Part shown: positions 27,351 through 35,555 of the stretch, piece by piece | Position numbering within the stretch: the stretch's first letter is position 1 | How the letters are laid out: every line of letters starts with the position of its first letter | Assembly (NCBI GenBank): GCA_021821305.1 | Contig: JAKACP010000001.1 | Location: 132,934 to 196,933 of the forward strand | DNA length: 64,000 nucleotides | Origin: a bacterium | Lineage (GTDB): Bacteria > Patescibacteriota > Minisyncoccia > Moranbacterales > UBA1568 | Direction: 5' to 3' | The notes under the pieces: generated by a model | What the model saw: the letters and a program-made list of their open reading frames with translations, nothing else | What the model was told of the DNA's origin: nothing | Database searches by the model: none | Translations under genes and position numbers: made by a program

Positions 27351-28331
27351 ATGGAAGAAATAGTCGAAAAAACGGTAGGGACACAAGGTTCGAACATGCG
27401 TTTGGATGCCTTTTTGGCGGATTTCCTGAAACGAAACGCCCCGGATTCCGGTTCCTATTCCCGGACCCGCGTTCGGCAGGATATCGAACAGGGAACGGTC
27501 TCGGTGAACAGTGCTGTCGAAACCGACCCCGGTCGACGGCTGAAATACGGCGATCGCGTACATGCGACTCTCCGGTCGAAAGGATTTTCGATACGTCCGA
27601 ATCCGGAGCTCACGGTCCCCGTCTTGTTCGAGGACGAGCATATCATCGTGATCGACAAGCCGGTCGGTATGCAGATGCATCCCGGATCGGTCGAGGCGGA
27701 TGATACGGTCGCCAATTGGGCGCTGGCCCATTTCCCGGCCATAGCGGCGGTGGGCGAGGACCCGCTCCGCCCCGGCATCGTGCATCGGCTGGACCGTAAC
27801 ACGAGCGGCGTGCTCGTGCTCGCCAAAACACCCGATGCGTTCGTCGAGCTCAAGCGCATCTTCCAATCGAGGCTGATGCGCAAGACGTATACGGTGCTCG
27901 TTCTCGGAAATATCGAGCCGACTTCCGGCGAGATCGCGCATCCGATCGCACAGCGAACCGGGACGCTCAAGCGGATGGCGGTAGAACATCCGGAATCGTT
28001 CCGCGGGGAAATGAAGGAGGCGATGACGGAGTATCGGCTCGAGGAACGCTTCCCGGGATACGATCTCCTGTCCGCATTTCCGAAAACGGGACGGACGCAC
28101 CAGATACGCGTACACTTCGCCTCCGTCGGCCATCCGGTCGCGGGCGATCATCTCTATGGCGGACGAAGGATGCGGGAGTCGGGGATGCCGTCGCGGCAAC
28201 TGTTGCACGCTTCGGCGCTCGAATTCGAGCTTTTCGGGGAAAAACTGAGCTTTGTCGCGCCGCTTCCCGAGGACTTCCGTGCCTTTATTCAAAAAATCGC
28301 CGCAGGGGGTGTTCCGGGGTTGACGGAATAG
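27351..28331 (+). CDS. RluA-family 23S rRNA pseudouridine synthase (RluD-like, with S4 domain)
   Basis: HRLDRNTSGVLVLAKT catalytic Asp motif; N-terminal S4-like (MRLDAFLADFL). Confidence 0.85.
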   Translation: MEEIVEKTVGTQGSNMRLDAFLADFLKRNAPDSGSYSRTRVRQDIEQGTVSVNSAVETDPGRRLKYGDRVHATLRSKGFSIRPNPELTVPVLFEDEHIIVIDKPVGMQMHPGSVEADDTVANWALAHFPAIAAVGEDPLRPGIVHRLDRNTSGVLVLAKTPDAFVELKRIFQSRLMRKTYTVLVLGNIEPTSGEIAHPIAQRTGTLKRMAVEHPESFRGEMKEAMTEYRLEERFPGYDLLSAFPKTGRTHQIRVHFASVGHPVAGDHLYGGRRMRESGMPSRQLLHASALEFELFGEKLSFVAPLPEDFRAFIQKIAAGGVPGLTE

Positions 28332-28445
28332 GAGTTCCAAGCTATGCTGGTGAAGCTTTGAACCGATAGGGCGAAGCTTTATTTTATATGTCGCTTCCGT
28401 TTTTCTGAGGCCGTTTCCGGTTCCGAGCGGATTTATCCAAACGTT

Positions 28446-28913
28446 ATGCACAAAGATCTCATCGCTTTCAACGCCGCCCGCCGCACCAAGGAGGTCGCGA
28501 ACCTTCACTCCGGCGACGTCGTCAAGGTCTATCGCAAGATCGTCGAGGGTGGCAAGGAACGGACCCAGGTGTTCCAGGGCATGGTCATCGCCCTTCGCGG
28601 CGGACAGAGCTCTTCCCCTACCGTCACGGTGCGGAAAGTCTCGTTCGGCATCGGCGTCGAGATCGTGTTTCCGCTGTATTCCCCGAATATCGAGAAGATC
28701 GAGGTGCTCAAGAGCACCCGTTCCCGCCGTGCCAAGCTCTACTTCGTCCGCGACAAGTCTTCCAAACTGCTCAGCCGGAAACTGAAGGAAGTGACGATAA
28801 AGACCGGAAAGGACGCGAAGATGGTCGCTCCGATGGAAGAGGCGGTCGCCGAAGAAGTTGTCGAGGCCGAGGCAGTGAAGGAAGAGGTGTCGGAGGAAGC
28901 CCCGAAAGCCTAG
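28446..28913 (+). CDS. rplS: 50S ribosomal protein L19 with acidic C-terminal extension
   Basis: VVKVYRKIVEGGKERTQVFQGMVIA...YSPNIEKIEVL is the L19 core. Confidence 0.9.
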   Translation: MHKDLIAFNAARRTKEVANLHSGDVVKVYRKIVEGGKERTQVFQGMVIALRGGQSSSPTVTVRKVSFGIGVEIVFPLYSPNIEKIEVLKSTRSRRAKLYFVRDKSSKLLSRKLKEVTIKTGKDAKMVAPMEEAVAEEVVEAEAVKEEVSEEAPKA

Positions 28914-28928
28914 GGTTTTCGGATATTT

Positions 28929-29012
28929 GCCCAGGTGGCGGAATTGGTATACGCGCTAGCTTGAGGTGCTAGTTCTCGCAAGGGATTGGAGGTTCGAGTC
29001 CTCTCCTGGGCA
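28929..29012 (+). tRNA. tRNA-Leu(GAG)
   Basis: Acceptor GCCCAGG/CCTGGGC; anticodon stem CTAGC/GCTAG with loop TTGAGGT; long variable arm; T-arm GGTTCGAGTCC; discriminator A; no encoded CCA. Confidence 0.85.
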
Positions 29013-29072
29013 CAAGCGAGGGAAAAAACTGGCAATCGCCAGTTTTTTGTTTATAATTGATGAAGCATGATC

Positions 29073-29094
29073 GGACGATTAGCTCAGTTGGTTA
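29073..29094 (+). pseudogene. tRNA-Val-like 5' fragment (acceptor 5' strand plus D-arm up to GGTTA), interrupted in the D-loop
   Basis: GGACGATTAGCTCAGTTGGTTA matches the first 22 nt of the downstream tRNA-Val (GGGCAATTAGCTCAGTTGGTTA-GAGC). The D-stem 3' strand GAGC reappears only after a 63-nt insert; no anticodon or T arm follows. Confidence 0.45.
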
Positions 29095-29157
29095 CCCGCC
29101 CGAACGACCGGGTCCCCGCCAGAATGACTCTGTCGGGCTGGGTCCGGTCGGGCGGGG
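29095..29157 (+). repeat. GC-rich palindromic element (CCCGCCCGAACG...CGGGCGGGG) inserted in the tRNA-like D-loop
   Basis: CCCGCCCGAACGACCGGGTCC ... GGGTCCGGTCGGGCGGGG: imperfect long inverted repeat. Shares the CCCGCCCGAACG/CGGGCGGG core with the elements at 37983..38018 and 38145..38180. Confidence 0.5.
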
Positions 29158-29191
29158 AGCATCTCATTTTCCCGCCATACAGTGAAACTTT

Positions 29192-29265
29192 GGGCAATTA
29201 GCTCAGTTGGTTAGAGCGCCTCGTTTACACCGAGGAAGTCGGAGGTTCGAGTCCTCCATTGCCCA
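29192..29265 (+). tRNA. tRNA-Val(TAC)
   Basis: Acceptor GGGCAAT/ATTGCCC; anticodon stem CCTCG/CGAGG with loop TTTACAC; T-arm GGAGGTTCGAGTCCTCC. Confidence 0.85.
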
Positions 29266-29449
29266 CAGGCGAAAAGAATGACTCAAAATAAATGCACATC
29301 ATGCGGAGAGTTCTGGAGCAGGCACCATTGATTTTTTCCGCTGATACGATACAATAGCTCCTGTATCAGCAAGAGCCTGTTGAGAAAGTCTCTTTCGTCG
29401 CAATTCCCGGATTGCAGCAGAATACGGACTTTTTCAACAGACTCTCAGA

Positions 29450-29521
29450 GCCGGGGTAGCTCAGTGGTAGAGCAGAGGACTGAAAATCCTCGTGTCGGCA
29501 GTTCAATTCTGCCCCCCGGCA
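29450..29521 (+). tRNA. tRNA-Phe(GAA)
   Basis: Acceptor GCCGGGG/CCCCGGC; anticodon stem GAGGA/TCCTC with loop CTGAAAA; T-loop TTCAATT. Confidence 0.85.
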
Positions 29522-29583
29522 CAGGCCGTTTTGTGGATAAGGGGTGTATATCCGTTCATTGGAGAGCGATTTCCACAGGTCCT

Positions 29584-29656
29584 GGGACTGTAGCTCAGCG
29601 GTTAGAGCAGGCGGCTCATAACCGCTTGGTCGCTGGTTCGAATCCAGCCAGTCCCA
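29584..29656 (+). tRNA. tRNA with CAT anticodon, most likely tRNA-Ile2 (lysidine, k2CAU) rather than elongator Met
   Basis: Acceptor GGGACTG/CAGTCCC is fully paired, so not an initiator. The D/anticodon/T region GCAGGCGGCTCATAACCGCTTGGTCGCTGGTTCGAATCCAGC closely resembles E. coli ileX (from memory). tilS is present in this window. Confidence 0.7.
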
Positions 29657-29671
29657 CAGAAGCGCAGTAAA

Positions 29672-29743
29672 GCGGGTATCGTATAGCGGCTATTATGTGA
29701 CCTTGCCAAGGTCAAGATACGGGTTCGACTCCCGTTACCCGCT
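29672..29743 (+). tRNA. tRNA-Gly(GCC)
   Basis: Acceptor GCGGGTA/TACCCGC; anticodon stem TGACC/GGTCA with loop TTGCCAA; T-arm ACGGGTTCGACTCCCGT; atypical D-arm. Confidence 0.8.
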
Positions 29744-29814
29744 CAAAAGAGGCAAAAAGCGGCACCAAGTGTGCTGTTTTTTGCTTTAAAATAGGGAAAA
29801 TATGGAAATTATCC

Positions 29815-29843
29815 TTGACAGCGACGAGAAAATCTGCTATACT
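29815..29843 (+). promoter_or_regulatory. consensus sigma70-type promoter for the 3D-domain gene
   Basis: TTGACA (29815..29820), 17-nt spacer, TATACT (29838..29843); ~90-nt structured leader before ATG 29940. Confidence 0.5.
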
Positions 29844-29939
29844 CCTCCGTTATCGTGAAAACCCGAGAAATCATGGTTTTCCCGGCAACCCGAGCGGGAC
29901 GCAGCCTCGTACGTCTCGGATAAGCATTGAAAGTACGAT

Positions 29940-30521
29940 ATGAGTGGTAAACGCCTGGCGCTGGTCCTCGGAATAGCCATATTCTCATGGGCGAACGTCG
30001 CGAATGCCGAAACCGATATCGAAACCGTCGAAACGAACAACGAGATACTCCGTATTTCGGAGAAAAATACATACGATTTCATGAAGGATCCGTTCCTTCT
30101 CTCGCTCATCCTCATGAAGGAAGACGCGATCGAGACGCCGAAGCCGGAACAGAGTCGCGAAGAGACGCCGGAGGAAAAGATCCTTTCCAAGTGGCGCGTG
30201 AAACAGCAGGACAAGTGGGCGAGCCTTCCGAAAGGAAAGTTCGTCGTCAATGCCTCCGCGTATACCGCCTCGGCTGACGAGTGCGGAAACGACAAGGGCA
30301 TCACGGCCTCCGGCCTGCTTGTCAAGAAAGAGCGGACGCTCGCCTGCCCTCCCGAATTCCCGTTCGGTGCCAAGGTGGCGATCGAAGGAATCGGAGTGCT
30401 CCGCTGCGAAGACCGCGGCGGTGCGATCAAGGGAAATCACTTCGACATCTACATGGAAACCAAGACGGAAGCCTTCGCCTTCGGGCGCAGGAACCTCGTC
30501 GCCGAAGTCGTCCTTGACTAA
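29940..30521 (+). CDS. secreted 3D-domain (MltA-like/YuiC-type) cell-wall-binding protein
   Basis: Signal peptide MSGKRLALVLGIAIFSWANVANA. C-terminal 3D domain with conserved Asp residues (TASGLLVKKERTLACPPEFPFGAKVAIEGIGVLRCEDRGGAIKGNHFDIYM). Confidence 0.7.
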   Translation: MSGKRLALVLGIAIFSWANVANAETDIETVETNNEILRISEKNTYDFMKDPFLLSLILMKEDAIETPKPEQSREETPEEKILSKWRVKQQDKWASLPKGKFVVNASAYTASADECGNDKGITASGLLVKKERTLACPPEFPFGAKVAIEGIGVLRCEDRGGAIKGNHFDIYMETKTEAFAFGRRNLVAEVVLD

Positions 30522-30609
30522 GGCGGCCAATGAAAACGCCCCGGCATCCGTCGGAGCGTTTTTTTGTTGACGCTCACCACTCTCTTTGGTACGCTTGGCA
30601 GGTGGTACC

Positions 30610-30683
30610 GGCCAGGTGTCCGAGCGGTTAGGAAGAGGTCTGCAAAACCTCGTACAGGAGTTCGACTCTCCTCCTGGCCTCCA
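30610..30683 (+). tRNA. tRNA-Cys(GCA), CCA encoded
   Basis: Acceptor GGCCAGG/CCTGGCC; anticodon stem GAGGT/ACCTC with loop CTGCAAA; T-arm AGGAGTTCGACTCTCCT; discriminator T then CCA. Confidence 0.85.
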
Positions 30684-30736
30684 GATGAAAATTATGGTAA
30701 TCTTACAGGTGTGACAACCTCTGTAAGTTTGCCATT

Positions 30737-31207
30737 ATGCGGCCTCGAAAATGGACGGATGCCCAGTTGATCGCGGCGGTAAAAAAATTCAAGAGTACCA
30801 GGGCCGTTATCAATGCATTGGGGCTCATCCCTGCCGGAGGAAATTATCTCCAAGTGAAAGAAAGAATACGGGATCTTGGCCTCGACACCTCGCATTTTCT
30901 CGGTATGGGATGGTGCAAAGGGATGTCTTTTGATCGTCCGATGATCCCTCTTGAGAACATTCTTGTCGAAAATTCGTCATATCAGAGTTATAAATTGAAA
31001 AAACGACTCTTCCGTCTGGGCTTGAAGATTCCTAAGTGCGAGGAATGCGGATGGGCGAAGATATCCGCTGATGGCCGGATCCCATTGGAGCTTGACCATA
31101 TCAACGGAAATTCCAGGGATCACCGGATCGGAAACTTACGGGTGCTTTGCCCCAATTGTCATAGCTTGAAGCCGACACATCGTGGAAAAAACAAGAACAG
31201 GAAGTAG
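30737..31207 (+). CDS. HNH endonuclease (free-standing, homing-endonuclease-like)
   Basis: C-terminal HNH motif ELDHINGNSRDHRIGNLRVLCPNCHSLKP plus CEECGW zinc-hook Cys. N-terminal helical region (WTDAQLIAAVKKFKSTRAVINALGL...LGLDTSHF) as in phage/actinobacterial HNH proteins. Confidence 0.85.
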   Translation: MRPRKWTDAQLIAAVKKFKSTRAVINALGLIPAGGNYLQVKERIRDLGLDTSHFLGMGWCKGMSFDRPMIPLENILVENSSYQSYKLKKRLFRLGLKIPKCEECGWAKISADGRIPLELDHINGNSRDHRIGNLRVLCPNCHSLKPTHRGKNKNRK

Positions 31208-31215
31208 TTTGTTTC

Positions 31216-31297
31216 GGGTCGGTGGTGGAACTGGCATACACGCGACACTTAAAATGTCGTGCCGAAAGGCTTGAGGGTTCGACTCCCTCCCGACCCA
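31216..31297 (+). tRNA. tRNA-Leu(TAA)
   Basis: Acceptor GGGTCGG/CCGACCC; anticodon stem CGACA/TGTCG with loop CTTAAAA; long variable arm; T-arm GAGGGTTCGACTCCCTC. Confidence 0.8.
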
Positions 31298-31397
31298 CAG
31301 AGCTTTTTCTTTCGTATCTGACGCTGGACGAAATATTCACTTTCTGTTAGGCTTTTCGGAAGTTCTTTTTCAACCGAAACTGTTAGGAGGGTGCAAC

Positions 31398-32507
31398 ATG
31401 ATACTAGGAACAGGTGTTCTATCCGATCGGATGATTCGGGTACTCGTGGCTGATGGCCATATAAGGAATGCGAAGGATGCGAATGTAAGTCCAGCCTCGC
31501 TCGATCTCTCAATCAGTCGGGAAATATACCGTATCACGAGCTCCGCTTTGCCCATCAAGGGACAGTCGATCCGCGACCTTATGAAAATCCTCGGGGTAGT
31601 TCCAATGCATCCGGGTGAAATTTTCGAACCGGGGACGATGTACCTTGCGAGAGCGAACGAGTCGTTCGCTCTTCCTGATGACATCTACGGATACTGTAAC
31701 CCGAAGTCATCGGTCGGACGGGACGGGCTTCTTGTCCGCGTTATTACTGATGGCGTCGATGGGTTTGACTCCATTCCGACAGGGGTGAGTGAGCTCACGG
31801 GGAAGCCGCGAAATCCATGGTTTCTCATCTCGCCGACAGTTATGCCGATACGGATGTTTCCTGGAGAAACGCTTGCACAGGTACGGTTCTTCACTTGGGA
31901 CACACGGCTTGACCAGCAAGAGATGGAACGGCTTTATCGCAAACAACCGCTCTTCTTTGATGAAAGTGGAAAGCCGATTCCGTGGGAGAGCGTAACATGT
32001 TCGAAGGACGGGGCGCTTGCAGTCACACTTGATCTTCGCCCCGGGAAGGTCATCGGCTGGCGGTGCAAGGAAAGTCGCCAGGTGGTTGATTATTCCACCA
32101 CCCAGAAAACGGAAGAATATTTTGATCCGGTTATCGCGGACAAAAATAGCGGTGTTCTTCTTAAGAAGGGAGGCTTCTATATCCTTGGGACGGAACAAAA
32201 CATTCTTGTCCCGCCAGAGTTTGCCTGCGAAGTGAAAGCGGTCACGAAGCGGTACGCTCATGCTGATATCCACGCCGCTGGCTTTGCAGAAGGCGGGTGG
32301 GGAAAGAGAAAGGACGGGCGAGGTCTCGGCAGGCGCATTACCCTCGAAGTCTGGCCGCACGAAGACTGGTATATTCAGTCGGGACAGCTTATCGGAGAAC
32401 TCAGTTATGAATGCATGATTGAACCGCCGCTTGTCCACTATGATGAGAAAGAGACGAGTCACTACCGTCATCAGAAGGGAGCGCTCCCCTCCAAACGGTT
32501 CGTGTGA
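31398..32507 (+). CDS. 2'-deoxycytidine 5'-triphosphate deaminase-like protein (long, tandem-domain DCD family)
   Basis: 369 aa. The N-terminus resembles the dCTP deaminase/dUTPase beta-clip (MILGTGVLSDRMIRVLVADGHIR...VSPASLDLSISREIYRI). Length and layout match the ~360-aa DCD family (PF06559-like, from memory). Confidence 0.65.
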   Translation: MILGTGVLSDRMIRVLVADGHIRNAKDANVSPASLDLSISREIYRITSSALPIKGQSIRDLMKILGVVPMHPGEIFEPGTMYLARANESFALPDDIYGYCNPKSSVGRDGLLVRVITDGVDGFDSIPTGVSELTGKPRNPWFLISPTVMPIRMFPGETLAQVRFFTWDTRLDQQEMERLYRKQPLFFDESGKPIPWESVTCSKDGALAVTLDLRPGKVIGWRCKESRQVVDYSTTQKTEEYFDPVIADKNSGVLLKKGGFYILGTEQNILVPPEFACEVKAVTKRYAHADIHAAGFAEGGWGKRKDGRGLGRRITLEVWPHEDWYIQSGQLIGELSYECMIEPPLVHYDEKETSHYRHQKGALPSKRFV

Positions 32508-32527
32508 TTTCAAAAACCCCGACCTGG

Positions 32528-33139
32528 TCAATCCAGTTCGGGGTCCTTTTTTATCTTCTCGAGCAACTTCGGAATCCTGCCGAAATCCTCGATGAGCGTG
32601 GCCCGCATTCCTCCGTTGTAGAGCGCGGCCGCCGGATGGTAGAGGACGTAGAAGGTATGTTGTCCGATTCCGGGGAGGTCGCAGCGGAACGCATGCCCGT
32701 GCACTTCGGATATCTTCGCGTCCGGGAAGAAACGGTTGAGCGCGTGCCGCCCGAGCGTCACGATGATCTTCGGTTCGATGAGCGCTATCTGCTCGCGGAG
32801 CCACTCCGCGCAATCCTCGATCTCCTCGGGAGTGGGATCGCGATTGTCCGGCGGGCGATACTTCACGACGTTGGTTATGTAGATATCCTCGCGCGCCATC
32901 CCGATCGAGCCGAGCATGGTCTCGAGGAATTTCCCCGCGGCGCCGACGAACGGTTCCCCTTTCAGATCCTCGTTCTTCCCCGGCGCTTCGCCGATGAACA
33001 GGATGTCGGCATCGGCGCTCCCCTTGCCGGGGACGGCCTGCGTCGCGGTTTCTTTCAGCGCGCAGTGGCACTCCTTCGCCATGCGGGCATTGAGATCGTC
33101 GAGGAGCTTTTCTTTTATTTCAGATACGGAATTGTTCAT
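32528..33139 (-). CDS. uracil-DNA glycosylase, family 4 (Fe-S type)
   Basis: GEAPG motif (ILFIGEAPGKNEDLKGEPFVGAAGKFL), Cys ligands (CHCALKE...C), and HPAAALYN C-terminal motif. Confidence 0.85.
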   Translation of the reverse strand: MNNSVSEIKEKLLDDLNARMAKECHCALKETATQAVPGKGSADADILFIGEAPGKNEDLKGEPFVGAAGKFLETMLGSIGMAREDIYITNVVKYRPPDNRDPTPEEIEDCAEWLREQIALIEPKIIVTLGRHALNRFFPDAKISEVHGHAFRCDLPGIGQHTFYVLYHPAAALYNGGMRATLIEDFGRIPKLLEKIKKDPELD

Positions 33140-33160
33140 AACTCGTGCACAACGCGCGTA

Positions 33161-34144
33161 TCAGCGGACTTCCCATCCTTGCGGCGTCTCGACGATGGTG
33201 CCGGGAATCTCGAATCCGCCCGCGAGCGCGTGTCCTCCCCCGCCGAGATCTCTCGCGATCGAGGAGACGTCCACGTTCTTGTGCGGTTCGCTTCGGAGAC
33301 TGCCGCGGACGATCCCTGGCTGCAGCTGATAGAAGAGGAGGGAGAACTTCGCATCGGGCACGGCGTTGAGCAGTGTCGATGCGATGTAGAGATCTTCCGT
33401 CGAGGGGTTGCCGAGTTCCTCTATGTCACGTTCCGTGATCGCGGAATAGATCATGCCGTTTCCGGAATTGATCCGCGCGCGCGACAACGCTTTCCCCCAC
33501 AGCTGCAGTGTCGATATCTTGTTGTTCGCGAAGACGTCCGATGTGATCTTCTGAAGCTGTGCGCCTTTCTGTATGAGTGTCGATACCGCCGCGAACGTAT
33601 CGAGGCTGGTGCAGGAATGTTGGAGGTTTCCGGTGTCGCCGAGAATTCCCATGAGGAGCGGGGTCGCCATCTTCGGAGTGATGGTGATATTTTCCGTCTG
33701 AAAAAAGTGGAAGAGCATCTCGCATGACGATGACATCGTGTCATCGATGATGACGATATCGCCGGTCATGCGGATGTTCGGGTGGTGGTCGACGAGCACG
33801 ATGACCTGTTCTTCCCGGAAGCGTTCCTTCAGAAGTTGGAATCCCCTGTCGACGCTGTCGGAGGCGATGACGGCGTCGTATGTCTCGACCGGGAGCGCGT
33901 CGGGATCGCGGAAGACGATGCCCGGGAACAGCTCAGCCGCGAATTCCGGAAGACGGTCAAAACAAGCGATGTCGGCTTTTTTCCCGAGCGATCGGATATA
34001 TTCACGAAGAGCGATGCTCGCCCCGACCGCGTCGGGATCCGGCCGGGTATGAGCGAAAAGGAGCACGCTCTCCGCATTCCGTATGACGTAGTGAAGATTT
34101 CGGAATTCGGAAGAAAAATCCTGCATAACCCGTGTATAACTCAA
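33161..34144 (-). CDS. nrnA: DHH-family phosphoesterase, NrnA-like oligoribonuclease/pAp phosphatase
   Basis: DHH motifs (HTRPDPDAVGAS, LVDHH) and DHHA1 C-terminal GGGH (LGGGGHALAGGF). Confidence 0.8.
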   Translation of the reverse strand: MSYTRVMQDFSSEFRNLHYVIRNAESVLLFAHTRPDPDAVGASIALREYIRSLGKKADIACFDRLPEFAAELFPGIVFRDPDALPVETYDAVIASDSVDRGFQLLKERFREEQVIVLVDHHPNIRMTGDIVIIDDTMSSSCEMLFHFFQTENITITPKMATPLLMGILGDTGNLQHSCTSLDTFAAVSTLIQKGAQLQKITSDVFANNKISTLQLWGKALSRARINSGNGMIYSAITERDIEELGNPSTEDLYIASTLLNAVPDAKFSLLFYQLQPGIVRGSLRSEPHKNVDVSSIARDLGGGGHALAGGFEIPGTIVETPQGWEVR

Positions 34145-34536
34145 ATTTCCCCTTTCTCAAGGCCTTTCAGGATGCGCTCGATCTCATCCGCCTTGCTCTC
34201 CGTCGGGTCGAAAGAGAAGGAAAGCTTCGGAAGCGGCTTCATATACAGCTTCTCGTGGAGCGCTTTCTGGATGGAGTGCTTCTCGTTCGCTATGGTCTTC
34301 ATGACATAGCGCTCTTCCGATTCCGGAAAGACGCTGACCAGGACGTCCGATCGCCTGAGATCGGGGGTAGTGTCGACTTTCGTGATCGTCGCGAGCACGC
34401 CGGGTTTTAGATTGACCTCATGGGCGAAGATTTCCCCAAGATGGGCCCGTATGAGCTCGTTTATCTGTATGATTCGTTTTGACATAGGCAAAAGGTGAAA
34501 TCGTTCTATCTTGAAGCAAGAGAGCGTTTTTGTCAA
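34141..34536 (-). CDS. rbfA: ribosome-binding factor A
   Basis: KH-like RbfA fold (RIIQINELIRAHLGEIF...LRRSDVLVSV). Real start may be the internal Met at 34485. Confidence 0.8.
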   Translation of the reverse strand: MTKTLSCFKIERFHLLPMSKRIIQINELIRAHLGEIFAHEVNLKPGVLATITKVDTTPDLRRSDVLVSVFPESEERYVMKTIANEKHSIQKALHEKLYMKPLPKLSFSFDPTESKADEIERILKGLEKGEI

Positions 34537-34595
34537 AGGTCGGTAAAAATCCGATTTCTTGGCGTTTGATGGACGCCTTTGCCCGACGATGGTTG

Positions 34596-34667
34596 TGCCC
34601 CCAGAGGGAATCGAACCCCCATCTCTCCCTTAGGACGGGATAGCTCTATCCATTGAGCTATGGAGGC
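34596..34667 (-). tRNA. tRNA-Arg(CCT)
   Basis: Minus strand: acceptor GCCTCCA/TGGGGGC (one G-U pair); anticodon loop GTCCTAA; T-arm GGGGGTTCGATTCCCTC. One A-G mismatch at the top of the anticodon stem. Confidence 0.7.
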
Positions 34668-34679
34668 AGGATGGCTATG

Positions 34680-34752
34680 TGGACCGTACCGGATTCGAAC
34701 CGGTGACCTCCTCCATGCCATGGAGGCGCTCTACCAACTGAGCCAACGGCCC
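34680..34752 (-). tRNA. tRNA-Ala(GGC)
   Basis: Minus strand: acceptor GGGCCGT/ACGGTCC with the diagnostic G3-U70 wobble; anticodon stem CCTCC/GGAGG with loop ATGGCAT; T-arm ACCGGTTCGAATCCGGT. Confidence 0.85.
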
Positions 34753-34884
34753 TGATTTGACTACCCGAAGTGTTATCTATGGTATATCGAATCGTTTCTT
34801 CCGTCAATTTTGTTTTACAGAGTGTGGGCCGCTTTTATGATTAAAATATATTAAACAATAAATAATATAAAATGTCAAGTATAT

Positions 34885-35540
34885 TGTTCCACGTGGAACA
34901 TTACACTCTTGTCTTTACGATTGCCAGTTACTCAGATTCAATTTGATATTGTTCCACGTGGAACAATTCTATCGCGACTTTTCTTTGAAGATGTATAAAA
35001 GAAGGACGTGCAAATGTTCCACGTGGAACAAATGTTTTTATATGCGTTGAGTTAAAATGTTCCACGTGGAACATTCTTATGAACATCCATAGATCAGTTC
35101 GGCTCATTCTTAATTGTTCCACGTGGAACAATTGGTCGATATTTTTTTGTGCCTTAAATAAAGAAATTGGTTAATTGTTCGCTTCAAGATAAAGATCATC
35201 GGCATAATGTTCCACGTGGAACAAATATTCAAATAAAAGAAATCGACTCCCAATACCTTAAATTGTTCCACGTGGAACAATTTATTCCTACTCTCTCATC
35301 CATATTAAATTCAAAAACACAAAATGTTCCACGTGGAACATTTTTGTAATATTAAAAACCAGGATATGTTCCACGTGGAACAATTAAGAGAATTTGTTTA
35401 CAACGTCACCTTTCATATGGATTTTGTTCCACGTGGAACAAAATCAGGGAATTCTTAAATCCCTAGAGATCTGCATGTCCGTCACAATGTTCCACGTGGA
35501 ACATTGTTGCTCCTGGGCGCCTTATGTTCCACGTGGAACA
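34885..35540. repeat. array of 12 perfect 16-bp palindromes TGTTCCACGTGGAACA (symmetric parS-like sites) in an AT-rich intergenic region
   Basis: Exact copies start at 34885, 34950, 35015, 35058, 35115, 35208, 35264, 35325, 35367, 35425, 35488, 35525; spacing 37-93 bp. Several extend to 20-26-bp palindromes (e.g. TAAATTGTTCCACGTGGAACAATTTA at 35259..35284). A degenerate half-site lies at 35171..35180. Differs from B. subtilis parS TGTTCCACGTGAAACA by one base. Confidence 0.9.
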
Positions 35541-35555
35541 ATCTTGATAGATATA

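Noticed and set aside
27276-28508. 410-aa ORF on the minus strand
   Set aside because: Antisense to the rluD-like gene, which has the HRLDxxTSG catalytic motif on the plus strand.
29532-29540. Perfect DnaA box TGTGGATAA between tRNA-Phe and the CAT-anticodon tRNA
   Set aside because: Isolated single 9-mer 17 kb from dnaA inside a tRNA cluster; expected by chance at this frequency; no accompanying boxes or AT-rich DUE.
29380-29670. 96-aa ORF spanning tRNA-Phe and tRNA-Ile2/Met
   Set aside because: Overlaps two well-formed tRNA genes; translation is the tRNA sequence read as protein.
34885-35540. Possible CRISPR array
   Set aside because: Repeats are perfect 16-bp palindromes far shorter than CRISPR repeats, spacers vary 21-77 bp, and there are no cas genes. 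Better explained as a protein-binding-site array.
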